This document shows, one piece after another, positions 50,010 to 61,429 of a stretch of DNA of 64,000 nucleotides. Source of the stretch: Dipteris shenzhenensis. Lineage: Eukaryota. The stretch lies in assembly GCA_047967505.1 (NCBI GenBank), contig CM106538.1; one strand, 5' to 3'. The notes under the pieces were generated by a model. The model had not been told where the DNA came from. It worked only from the letters and a program-made list of their open reading frames with translations, and did not search any database. Position 1 is the first letter of the stretch; each line of letters begins with the position of its first letter. The translations under genes and the position numbers were made by a program.

Positions 50010-53000
50010 TTTACAAGAGAACAATGCTAATTATATTACTTCGAGAACAAGATACAAGAGGTCAGCCTTGTAGCTGATGGACGCAGCCCAAAAGGTAACA
50101 AAAAAGTAAAGCACTCTCTCACGGAGGGATAAGGCGAGTGTGAATGAACAGCCAGAGAGGTGGTGAGTAGCGCCACCGAAGGCCCTACGAAGTCTGCTCG
50201 AAGAAGAGGCCCTGTGTGTCCCAAACCCGAAGGAAGCGTCTCCGCTTCTCCCGACCGGCTCGGGAGTCCCCCTGTATCTGGTCCCACTAACCTCTGAGGG
50301 TATGAATAATCTCACTCCAAATATCAATCATGATCTGGGCAGTTGATAAGGAGGTGCCACCGAGGATCTGTGCGCAGCGCGAGGTCCAAATGTGCCATCC
50401 TGCGATGCTGCTAATAATCTCCCAGACTGGCTGCCTCTCCTGAGCTCCTGTATCAGCCTCTGCTAGGTGCTACGGGATACTCTCGAGCGGCCCCCACGTC
50501 CCCTGTGTGATAAGGAATGTGGGGTCCTGCTGACATGCCTCGAATAAGTGATGAAAACCAAGTGCGGTGCTGCACCAACAGAGCGCGTCCCAAGTGATCA
50601 ATCCTAGCTCCGGTGCTGCGCGAGTAAGAATCTCGAAAGTCCACCTCCACACTTCCTGGGCGCGAGTGCAACTCCACAGGCAGTGTTTTGGTGACTCCTC
50701 ATCCTCATGACAGATCTGACAACGTCCGTCCTGGCCTATCTGCCACAACCAGCTCCCCACTGGAAGACCTTTGTGGGCAAGAAGCCACAGGAAGTAGGAG
50801 ATCTTCCGCGGCCGCCAGCTCTCCCACAAGGCCTTCCAGAAGGCCTGCAAAAAGAACCTGGAAATACCCTGTGCATACCAGCTGGGCTATTGGGTGGGAG
50901 GGCGGCTCTGCATCCTCCCAAGAACTCGCCTGCCCAAAGTCATGCTATAGGCAAAGAAAGAGGTTGGTGGTCCCTGACTTGTCACAATCTCTGGCCATCT
51001 CCACTCTCCTGGATCCCAGTCAAGCTCTGACAAGGCCCGCCCCTCCCAGAGCCAGAGTCGCCAAAGCTGCAGCTGATCCTGCTCTATGCTAGGATCGGCG
51101 GTCTGCCAGACCTTCCCCATGAGGCCTACGACCCGAACCCTCTGCCATGGGAGTAGGGGGTCAATGAGCGCTTCCTCTCTCCTGAGTCGTCCATCCCCCA
51201 TAACCGCGAAGAAGGAAACAGAGGAGTCGTCCATACGTCCTGCGACCACCAGCGGGATGCCACGGGGGGTGAACTATCCCAGCCAACGGTCATCACCAGG
51301 CATGAGGATCTGAAGCTCAGGTGGAACCAACCAATCAGCTGGGATCGCGCCGTCGATCTCCGTACATCTCGCCTGGGCTCCACGGGCACCTCCAGCTACG
51401 TCTGCGAGATCAGTCGTCTCCAAATGTCTGTATGTGTCCCTCCAAACTCGAAGGGACCGGGCTGGCCCCCGCATCCAGCCATCCCACCTGATGTGTGATC
51501 TCTCCCCCAAGTGAAGGCCCTCAGCATCTCTGACCTGATCATTCCAGATAAGCGGCTGGCGATCGATCTCCTCCTGATAGCTAGGAGGGGACTGAATGAG
51601 ACTGAGGCGGAGCCGCCTCCAAACCATGAGGAGGCTACGAACGAGTGGGGAGCGGGGCAGAAGTGAAGATCCACCTGAGGGACGGAAGCCACTCTCCACC
51701 TCGGCGCGGGACACAAGAACCGACCCCCTGCTGAAGTAGCATCTTCCACGTCTGCCCCCCCGGGGTCAAATCGCAGATGACTAGCTTGCCTAACAGGGCC
51801 TGACTCTGAAGCTCTGGATCGATGACCCCCAGGCCACCCTCAGCCTGCAGAAGAATGACTGTCTGCCAAGCAACCCTGGCTCTGGTATCTCTGAGGCCAT
51901 CCTCCCCGGACCAAAGGAAGTTCCGAACCAACCTCCCAAGCTGTGCCACGCTGGATCTCGAGAAGCACCAACAGGAAGCCACATACCAAGCCGTGGCTAG
52001 GAGGACCTGGTTGACTACCAGGGCACGACCTGCAAGGGAGAGCTTAGCAAGGCTCCAGAAAGCCAGCTTCCGTCGGATGGAATCTAGCACCGGGAGAAAC
52101 TGCTGAGCTGGCGTGATATCCAGGCCGACCTGAAAACCAAGATATCTAGCTGTCTGTCCCCGCGGGAACCACTTGAAACCCAAAAACCTCCCCCACTGAG
52201 AGCATGCCTCAGGGTCTGTGAGAAAACCAACTGATTTGTTCCAGTTGATTTTCGCACCAGCAGCCGAACAGAAGACCTCCAGGGCCATCCTCACCCTCTC
52301 CAGCATCATCTCATCGTCCTGGACATACAGGGCTATGTCATCCGCGTACTCTGAGTCCAGGAGCTCCGTGTCCTCCTGGAGTGGAAGGCGAACACCCCTG
52401 ATCCCAGTAGACCTCGCCCGAAGGTAGTAAGTCATAGCGTCAACGAAGAAGAGAAACAGGTAAGGAGCAAGGGGGCAGCCCTGACGCACTGATCTCTCCA
52501 AACTAAAATGCTCACCCATCCTGCCGCCAATGATGACCCTGCTAGAAGCTGTCCTGTACAACGCTGAAATACCCTGAATCCATCCTGCTAGGAAACCTAG
52601 TCGCTCCAAAGTCCCCTCCAGAAAGGAGCAGTCCACTCGATCGTAGGCCTTCTCAAAGTCAAGAAGTAGGATGGCTAGGTGTGATCCACTGTGCTGAGCC
52701 CACTCCGCCGCCTCTGAGAAGGTGAAGACATTATCCAGGATACTGCGATCCTGGACAAAGCCTGTCTGAGTGTCATGAATGAGGTCTGGAAGTAGAGGCC
52801 GAACTCTGGCACTGATCATCTTGGCAAGGATTTTGTAGGCAGTGGTAAGGAGGGTGATCGGGCGCCACTGACGGATCTCCTGTCTATCTCCTCCCTTCGG
52901 GATGAGGCAAATCAGTCCCAAGGAGAGGCTCTCTAGCATATAACCGCTGCTAAAAATCCTCTGAAAAGCTGCTAGGAGGGGCTGATGGATCTGATCCCAG

Positions 53001-54205
53001 AAGGAGGTGAAGAATGCCCGGGATAGCCCATCCTCACCCGGGCATTTCTGCCCGTCGATGGCCATCAAGGCCTCCAACATCTCATCCGTGGTGAATGGTG
53101 CCAACAACGTCGCCTGCATGCTGGGCTGGACCAGGGATGGAGTGTGCCTCCACACCTCCTCACGGGAGCGTCGAGTGCAAGGGGCAAGCGGCTCTTGCTG
53201 GAAAAGGGTCCTGTAGAAGTCGGTAGCCAACCCCAAGACCTCACCCGGATCCGTAACGATGTGCCCCTCCGCTGTCCTGAGACTCCGAAGCTAGTCACCT
53301 CTGCTGCTCTCTGGCCATGCAACCTGAAGAACTCCCTGCACATCCGGTCACCCTTCTGAGCCTAGAAGGAGAGAGGCGTGATAGGAAAACTTTGAACGGC
53401 ACTGGAGGGTCTCCTCAAGAAGGGCTCTGGCTCGAAGGGCCTGGATCTGAAGCTCCTCCGAGCCCGGGGCTGCCTGCTAGAGTCGCTGGATGGAGGCGAG
53501 GTCCCTCCGAAGAGCTCTCTCTCTACCCCACCATTCCTGTCGAACCTGTAGGGCTGCGAGTTGGCAAATCTGGCTAGACTCCTGCAAAGCCTGCGCCACC
53601 GAATCAACCAGATCCGCGCACTCACCCCAATCTCTGTCCCATAGACTGCATATACTGCTGCGCACGTCCACCCTCGAGAAAATGGAGTCAGGAATCCAGC
53701 ATGAGCGGGGGGGAAGGGCCTAAACTGCCGAGTCTAATGATAAGAGCACAGGCGCATGGTCGGAAAGTGTCGTCCCTGGAACTATCCTCGCCTGACTACC
53801 TCTGCTGATGGCCCAATCACTAACATAAAATCTATCCAGCCTCTCCAGGAGTCTGCCTCCTTCCCTGCGGAAGCCCCATGAGAAGTCCAAGCTCCCGTGC
53901 CAACGCTCCCGTGCCAACGCCGGTGCCAACGCCGGAAGGACGGGTCTCTCCAGCTGTCCCTACCTCCTGTCGCAAAGATAAAAGAGTCCCAAGCGGACTG
54001 CTCTGCCTGAGACATACCTGTAAACTCTGGTCCTTTGCCCTGCTGGTCCTCCAAGGTCTCCAGATTGTTGAAGTCACCTCCAACAATCCAGGAATCCATG
54101 TTTGGGAGAATCCCTGTAAGTGTCCTCCAGAAGGTGGCTCTGCAACGGAGGTTTGTGGGAGCATAAATGTTGAGGATTCCTACTCTGGAACCCTCCAGTT
54201 CCAGT
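50010..54205 (-). mobile_element. L1-clade LINE ORF2 (endonuclease, RT, zf-RVT), 5'-truncated, GC-rich, several frameshifts
   Basis: WIVGGDFN, ERLDRFY, SDHAPV, WRPITLL, LDFEKAYDRV, SVRQGCPLAP, YADD, YLG, EGGLG, CQIC...HCLWSC. Confidence 0.95.
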
Positions 54206-56645
54206 ATTATTATACAACAACCAGCTCTATTTGTGAAGCCTTTTACTATTAAAAGATTGACTATTTATTTATTATTATTATTTTTTTGGGGGGGGGGGAG
54301 AGAGAACTATCAGCTACTACAATAGTAGGCAATTGGCCAGAACCCAATCTTTCATGCCCATACAAAGCCCATAGATGTCGATCAAGCCCCCCATGGTTCT
54401 CATTGAACACGAGTTTCACCACACACTTGTCATTGGCTGCCAAAGTTTTGAAAATGAATCTAGGCCTTTGGTAAGGACAATGTAGCGTAGTGCTTGCTTT
54501 ACATTGTGTGGCATAAGTACACCATTTATATTCATCTTCTCCAACTACATTAGATTTTAGATGGCATGGATTCCTTGTCTCAGTAGTTATTGGAAACCAA
54601 CTTTTCACTCATCTTGTAATAACTAGGCTCACCTTTCATGGTCAAGGGTCTGCTTTGACTTCAAGAGTCTTTTAAGTCCCGTGATTAGAATGATCAGTGC
54701 ATAGACTCCTCCATTTAGGATAGCTTAACTTTGCAGCATGCTTCATTAACCAAGATGAGACAATAACCATTGACATTAGTTGAATGGTGATATGTTCTAT
54801 TGATTATCTCAATCTTAATCCTTATCTTTGCATGGTTAATCCTTGCTTTAGGCATCCTTGATGTTTTTTAGACAAGCACAATTATTTTAGTAGATATGAA
54901 TGAATACCCATTTGTTGGATTAGTCAAACAAATGCTATTCAAGTTTTTTCCATTTCAAACTGTAGTATGTCAAGATGGTATGGCATGGATCTGGTTAGTG
55001 AGAAGAAGCATTTATTTGATCCATCTTGGTGCCTTCATGCTTTGGGGGGTCCTAGATTATCTCAAGTACAATGGGACCTAAATGAACTTAACCTCTTTAA
55101 TGAAGTTTTAGGAAGCCTACCAACTTGTTTTCTTGCATGACGTGGATTGGGCCAACTTTAGACTTTCTGACTCTCCTCTTGCATGTCTATTTAAATGCAC
55201 TGAAGCTTGCATCAATTGAAGGGATGTGGGCAATAGCTAATGAGAACTAATGGTCTAGCCATGATAGTCACATTGATTGTGCATCCTCCTTCTCACGTGT
55301 AATCGTTCTTAAAGGAAATAGGTGTGTGTGAGGTTTTGGCAAGCTAGCCAGTGCCTTGCTCAAGGATGGGCTTTTTTCAAAAATGGTGATTGGTAGTAGT
55401 GAGGAGATTTGTTTTTTGAAAACGATCGATGTTGATGGGATTGGAGAGCATGCTAGCAAATAGGTAGGTGTTTTTCCTTATAAAGGTGCCACACATGTCA
55501 TGAGAGGCAAGTGCCAAGAAGGTGTAAGTATTTGGAGGTAGGTGTTGACTGCTAGTGTTTTCCTTTTTTGTCCAATGAGAAAGTGTAATTTCTATTGGGT
55601 ACAGTGGTGAAAATTCATGAGATTTGTTATTGAGCCGTTAGTTAGGGAACATATGTCATGCACATGAGTTAGAAAACCCATAGATGAGGGATTTTACATC
55701 GTGAAAGACTAGAGAGAATTTTTTAATGCCAATGGCTATTGTTGTATCCAACTATTCCAACCACCATAAGAGTGAATTGTATTGCTATTGGTTTAGAGAA
55801 AGTACTTTTTTTGTGTGTATGTAGTTGCGCAAGTACAAAAATACATGCCTACAATACATTGCTTAGGGGATTGCCAAATCTCAACTCACTTGGTGGCAGA
55901 CTCAAATGTAAAGGTCCTAGGTCGGCTGCAATCAAATCTCAACCATCCGATCAAGCCATTTTCAGAATGGGAATATGGTTGGCCCTTTGAGGTGAGTAAA
56001 TTCTGTGACTTGGCTCACATGGCAAGTACCTCCCAAACTCTCACAATGCAATGTTTTAAAATTCTGACTGCCGCCTTGGGACCCTTCGCGTGGGGGAATG
56101 GCTCGTGGTCGACCATTTTTGAGTCAAAAAGTGCCCGACCAATGGTTGGCGGTGGCCGTCAAGCACTCGCCAACTGGCCGGGAACTTTCCTTCTCGTCGA
56201 AAAGGCCTCTGCGGCGCATGCCCCGAGATGTGACACCCGCACCGACACACCCGTAACTGCAGCAAGGTGGACATGCACGGAACCAATCGCGTGGCAGTCC
56301 GCGAGGAAGTGCAGAAAGAAAGCTCAGAGGAGCGAACGAGATGCGGGGAGAGGCGATGTGGATGAGGGAGGGAGAAGTGAGAGGGGGGTGAGAGAAGGCC
56401 AAGGGGTAAAGGAATACAGAGGAGTGCATATAATACATAGGGGATGGAGAATCGCAACCTCGCAACCACCTGGCAGACCCAAACGTGACAGACACCAAAA
56501 CAAGGACGACACACACACACACACACACACAAAAACACAAAACACAATCGCAGCAAGCAAGCAAACCTCCATCAGCCACCTAGGTGCCTTCCCTCCCCCC
56601 CCCCCACCCTCCTCCCTCGAATGATTCTCCGCCGCATTCCCTCCA

Positions 56646-58022
56646 ATGCCTCTCCAAGAAGAGCATTCTCAGGAACCCATCTCCATTGAGCTCTCCCCTA
56701 GCCTCTCCGTTCCTGCAGCCCGCCTCGGAGCCCATCTTGGTATCACCGATGCACCAGCTTGCCTCTTTATGGAGCAGATTCCGACCCACCTTCCCGTTAT
56801 GGCGCCTGCGGACCACGGGATTGCTGCCCACGATCTGCCCATGACCGATGCTGCTCACCTTTCTGGTACGTTGCCATCTCATCCTCTAGCAGTGCAGGCC
56901 CAAGTCGCTGGTAGCAGTAGCCTTGAAATTGTTGCGGCCAAAAATATGGAGCCAAGCATGTGGGATTACCTGCCGGATCATATCTTGGAGCGTGTTCTGG
57001 CATACCTCCCCTTTTGGAGCATTCTCCGCATGCGATCCATCTCCAAAAAGTGGAACCACAAATTGGCATCGAGACATTTCCTAGACAGCTGCAGCAGACA
57101 GTCCTCTCGAGAAGTTCTCTTCATCATGTTTGCTGACTTCTTGCGCCTAAAAGCAGCTGCTACTTACAATCCAGCGTTAGACAAGTGGCATCTCGTTCCA
57201 TTGTCACTGTTTCACCCCTGTGAGCCACCTAGTTACTTTCTCATTCTAGCTACAGCTGGAGGCCTCCTTTGTTTGGAGGAAATTGCATGGCCCAACCGTT
57301 CTCTTTTTGTTTCTAATCCTATGAACAAATCATACAAGAAGCTTCCACCCATGCTACACATGAAATGTCCCTATGTCGTCGGGATGATGATGGATGCTGA
57401 CAGTAAAGGTTACAGGATTCTTGTTGCGCAAGATGGAGAGCCGCTGGTTTCTCAGTGTTACGAGTCGCGGAGCGACTCGTGGAAGATGAACTCTACTCTA
57501 AATCGAAGAGTTGCTCTGATTGCTGGCACTACGTCCTTTGAAGGATTTTTCATTTGCCTTACATTTGGGCCAGTTGGTTTGGTCGCATACAACATTGAAG
57601 AGTCATCGTGGCATGAGCTGGAAATCAGGTTGCCTGCATCAATCGCCTTCCCTCATGTGATGGAATGCAATAGGCGGCTGGTGGTAGTGGGAGGACTCGA
57701 AGAATATGGTTCTTTGACTAGTATCAGGATCTGGCAACTTGATCTTTCGAGACATGAATGCACAGAAATAGAGAGAATGCCTCATCATCTTTTCCATAGG
57801 CTCACTTCTTCTGGTCGAGAGCATTTCTTTTGTGTTGGACAAGCAGGCCTCATTTGTTTTAACGATGGTACAACTCCTGACATTCTTATGTATGACATGG
57901 CTGTGAAAAGATGGTGGTGGTTACCGCCCTGCCCTTTACACTACTCACTGAAGAGGCATAGCGGTTATGCTTTCAAAACGCTCGGGTTTCCAATTGAGCC
58001 CCGATTTGATGTGTGGGCCTAA
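56646..58022 (+). CDS. F-box protein with C-terminal kelch-like/beta-propeller domain (UFO/LCR/At5g15710-like group), intronless CDS, 458 aa
   Basis: F-box WDYLPDHILERVLAYLPFWSILRMRSISKKWN; ATAGGLLC, VSNPMNKSYKKLPPM, YESRSDSW; C-terminal FPIEPRFD. The ORF is uninterrupted. Confidence 0.92.
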   Translation: MPLQEEHSQEPISIELSPSLSVPAARLGAHLGITDAPACLFMEQIPTHLPVMAPADHGIAAHDLPMTDAAHLSGTLPSHPLAVQAQVAGSSSLEIVAAKNMEPSMWDYLPDHILERVLAYLPFWSILRMRSISKKWNHKLASRHFLDSCSRQSSREVLFIMFADFLRLKAAATYNPALDKWHLVPLSLFHPCEPPSYFLILATAGGLLCLEEIAWPNRSLFVSNPMNKSYKKLPPMLHMKCPYVVGMMMDADSKGYRILVAQDGEPLVSQCYESRSDSWKMNSTLNRRVALIAGTTSFEGFFICLTFGPVGLVAYNIEESSWHELEIRLPASIAFPHVMECNRRLVVVGGLEEYGSLTSIRIWQLDLSRHECTEIERMPHHLFHRLTSSGREHFFCVGQAGLICFNDGTTPDILMYDMAVKRWWWLPPCPLHYSLKRHSGYAFKTLGFPIEPRFDVWA

Positions 58023-59238
58023 TTATTTGTATGGGCTGCATCTTCATGACTGTCACATTCTTCCAAAGCTAACGCCACACTTTTTCTCAAGCTCAACGCT
58101 TAGTTTGAAAACAAACTTGAGCTTCTTGTTGGTAGATTTTAGACTCTGGAGTCCCTTGTGAGGTGGTGCCACCTTGCCCTTCATACTGGTTGTAAATTTT
58201 AAACCCTACCTGAATGAATACGATTTAATGCAAGGGTCTAGTATTTTATCTCGTCTCAATTTAAGTTCTCATCCATTTTTCGGGCTCTTATGGTGCCATA
58301 TGATGCCAAAAATATGGTTACAGAGAAATTGCAAGACCGGTCTTTGCATTATAATCCCTATTATTGCTTTGCATGTTGTAGCGTGATGGAGAGAATGTGG
58401 ACTCAATTTTGATTTGTCATTTGCTAGCGGGAGGGGGGGGGGGGGTGTTGGGGGGGTGGGCGCATGTTAGGGGGGAGTGGTAGGCGGGTACAGTGCTTGT
58501 ATTTCTGCTCCTTAACAGAAACTGTATTCTGTGTGTGAGGACCATTGCAGAATCTTAGTACAAGGATCATGGTATGATGCTCTTGAGTGTGCTTGTTTGA
58601 GAACATACGCCTGTGCAATGATCTTTACCTGCTGTGAGTGGTTAAGTTTATTGTAAAAGCAGCATAGTAGCTAATCCTGTTTTGATGCTAGAGACGAGTT
58701 TTGTTACCTTTGTGAGTTATTGTCATGAAGTTAGAAACAACACTCTTCTTTTTTGCATTTACATGACAAGTTTCGTAATGTTTCAACTAGACATGTATTT
58801 CCATGCACACGTTCTGTATGTCTTGCAATTAATGATTCAAAGGGAAAGAACCCCGTGCAGATAGTGAAATAGTGATTTGACTGGTATCAAGGTCATTGAC
58901 GTTGGATATTTCAAGCTGTCATGTGGAATCTGTCAGGATGTTTGATCCTTTGTGTTTCTTGCCACTAGACAAGGTCCCTGTGACTAGACGTATGAGGGGG
59001 AAGGGGAGGGCATGTGGGTCTTGCAGCTCCATATATTTATTCCGTGAGGCACATCTTTTGATTATTCATGATCTAATGTGAAGAGTCGTTTTTTGAGTGG
59101 TCACTTACTTTGTCTCATGCTCTTTATTAAGGACAAGCTTGTGCATGTGCGTACTTGCAGTTATTTGGTCCTCCATGGTTTTTACTTGGGCTATTCATGG
59201 CCTGATGTGATAGGTCATCTTCTGAGTAGCCACTTCTT

Positions 59239-59405
59239 ATTCTGTATCGGTTCTCTGCTTTACTGGATTGCTCCCTGAGCATCTCTAGGAAAGTTCATGG
59301 AGAGTGCTTACTACTCTTTAGCTACAATTCTGTATCGGCTCTCTGCTTTACTGGATTGCTCCCTGAGCATCTCTAGGAAAGTTCATGGAGAGTGCTTACT
59401 ACTCT
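59239..59405. repeat. Tandem duplication, period 88 bp
   Basis: ATTCTGTATCGG.TCTCTGCTTTACTGGATTGCTCCCTGAGC...CTACTCT occurs twice with one mismatch. Confidence 0.9.
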
Positions 59406-59726
59406 AAGAGAACAGCATTTGAACATTACCAAAATAGTGCAGAAGTGTCCTGTGAAAAACCTCTGCTACCCATATCGCTCCTTTGAATTCTTTGTGCTTT
59501 TAATTTTTGCAAAGTTTGTAATGTAACCATCTATGCTGACCATGCTGTTGGGATCCTTTATACTGGCCCCTTCTTTCTTCTACTCCACCCGTTCCTCCTA
59601 TTTCAACTTGCCCCTTTATCCCCTTTCCCTTTCTCTCCCTGCTAACCTTATCTGCTCGTGCAGTTTTTGGCAATGCATAAAGTTTTTCAAAGCAAAGCAT
59701 ATGAGCATCCTCAGTCTCATCAGTAA

Positions 59727-60068
59727 CAGTCACCAATAATAGTGTGTGACTAGAAAAGATGTGACACACTCCTGGTAGGACCTCTTTGTGAAAGAGAGAG
59801 ATTATTGAGATAAAAAATTATCAATCCTTGGTGAGTTGAGCAAATATCGTTTACGCATAAATTATTAAAATAAAAGCCGTGTACATGATCACTTTAATTG
59901 TCACCAATGACAGTGTATGACTGAAAAGATTCGATTTACTCGTGGAGGGACCCCCTTTGTGAAAGAGAGAATACGTAGATGAAATTTGTCAAGCCTTGCG
60001 AAGTCGAACAAGGATCATTTATGTAATTAAATTATTAAAATAAAAGCTGTTTGCACATGATCACTTCA
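59727..60068. repeat. Diverged tandem duplication, period ~170 bp
   Basis: GTCACCAAT...TTTGTGAAAGAGAGA...AAATTATTAAAATAAAAGC...ACATGATCACTT occurs twice. Confidence 0.75.
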
Positions 60069-60834
60069 ATCATTCTCTCTTCATGTTAGAATTCTGGAAG
60101 AGGAAGATGAACTTATCACATTAAGAAAGTGAGCAGCATAACTGTGCAAGCTAGTAGTAGAGTCTGAGAAATGCCCATGCTCTTTCATCTCTTTCACAAA
60201 CAGTTAGTGCTTTTGGAGAGGAGAGCACAGAAAACAGGAAGCTAGATCTGCGTTTCTTTTGAAAACAAAACTGGATTAGTATCCAGTTAGTACGGATTAG
60301 CTTTTCTGTAGTTCAGGACTTGTATTGGGCTCAAGTTCATTCAATGAATACATAGTTATAATTGGCAAGTCAGCATTTGTGATCGTGGATTGGAAACTTT
60401 TTTTTCGTCCTCTTCATATTCTCCAAGACAAAGGCAAAAGCCATGTTTAACTTTTGCCTCATATTATTAGACAGCATCATGTCTTTGATGTGCATTAATT
60501 TGTCATAGCCAGACACCACACACCATTTGAAGTGACTGTCTAGAATTCCTGTTCTTCTTCTTCAAGATAAGAGGCCTCTGAGACGAGGTTTTCTTCAAGA
60601 GGGAAGTCACAGTCATTGAAACATATTTTGTGCACCATATCCATTCTCCCTTTCTAGCAACTTGTCAGGTCCATAGGCAAACACTTCAAATTGAGAACAC
60701 AATGGCAAAGACCTAGCCTAGGAGAATTGCATGAGGCTGCCAAGGATTTCTTGGTCAAGTTCTTCAAGGATAGCTATGTCTTGGCAACCCATCCTCCACT
60801 GCACTTACTCAAGTTTTGGTTCAACTAATTATTA

Positions 60835-61429
60835 GGAAAAAAGGGAGCTCATTTTGGGGCCTTTTGGGGTTTGGAAAAATAGGCTCTCGACCAATCAAAA
60901 GAGGGGCAACGTAATGTTGGAAAAATACTAAAAACCATGTAAAAATATAAAATAAGTCATATTCAAAATCTTTTTCTTTTATTATGTTTGACATACGTGA
61001 TCTTCAAAAGATGATTTTCTTTGTAGTATTTGATGATTTTGACATCGCCAGCGCATCCGAAGCGGGCCAAAATCCCCAAATCGACCCTAGAGACATCGAA
61101 AACCGACGCCTGGAGGCTTGGAAAAGGGCGAAAATGCTCGAAATGGAGGATTTGCTGGAGCAGGCCTTTGAGCGTCGGTTTTCGGTGTCTCCAGGGTCGA
61201 TTGGGGGGTTTTGGCCCGCTCCGGACGTATTGGTGATGTCAGAATCATCAAATATTGCACAAAAAATCAAGGATCTTATATATGCATTTAATGTGAAGCC
61301 TGAGTACTAGACTGACATTTTTGCACAGTAAGTATCCGTATTTTATGGCATTTGCCATATTTTGAGTGCAACAAAAATAGGTGAATAGTGAATTTCTTAG
61401 AGGGTCCCAAAATGAGTTCCCTTCTTTCC
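60835..61429. mobile_element. MITE/foldback element with TIRs and an internal long inverted repeat
   Basis: TIR GGAAAAAAGGGAGCTCATTTTGGGGCC versus GGGTCCCAAAATGAGTTCCCTTCTTTCC. Internal inverted arms at ~61012-61119 and ~61161-61269. TSD unclear (TA, or a decayed longer one). Confidence 0.75.

Larger units (their letters stand above)
42934..54370 (+). repeat. Local direct duplication: copy A 42934-46863, copy B 49462-54370, each carrying a different insertion
   Basis: Shared sequence runs from CTGGAT.GGCCCAAGCAATTTGTAAAT to ...CATGCCCATACAAAGCCC and includes decayed copia RT-like sequence. Confidence 0.85.

Noticed and set aside
55815-56624. 269-aa ORF upstream of the F-box gene
   Set aside because: It has a non-ATG start, no recognisable domain, and runs through microsatellite and promoter-like sequence.
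57764-57783. Possible miR394 target site, as in the LCR F-box gene, at the EIERMP codons
   Set aside because: AGAAATAGAGAGAATGCCTC differs from the complement I recall (GGAGGTGGACAGAATGCCAA) at about 7 positions; the similarity is explained by protein conservation.
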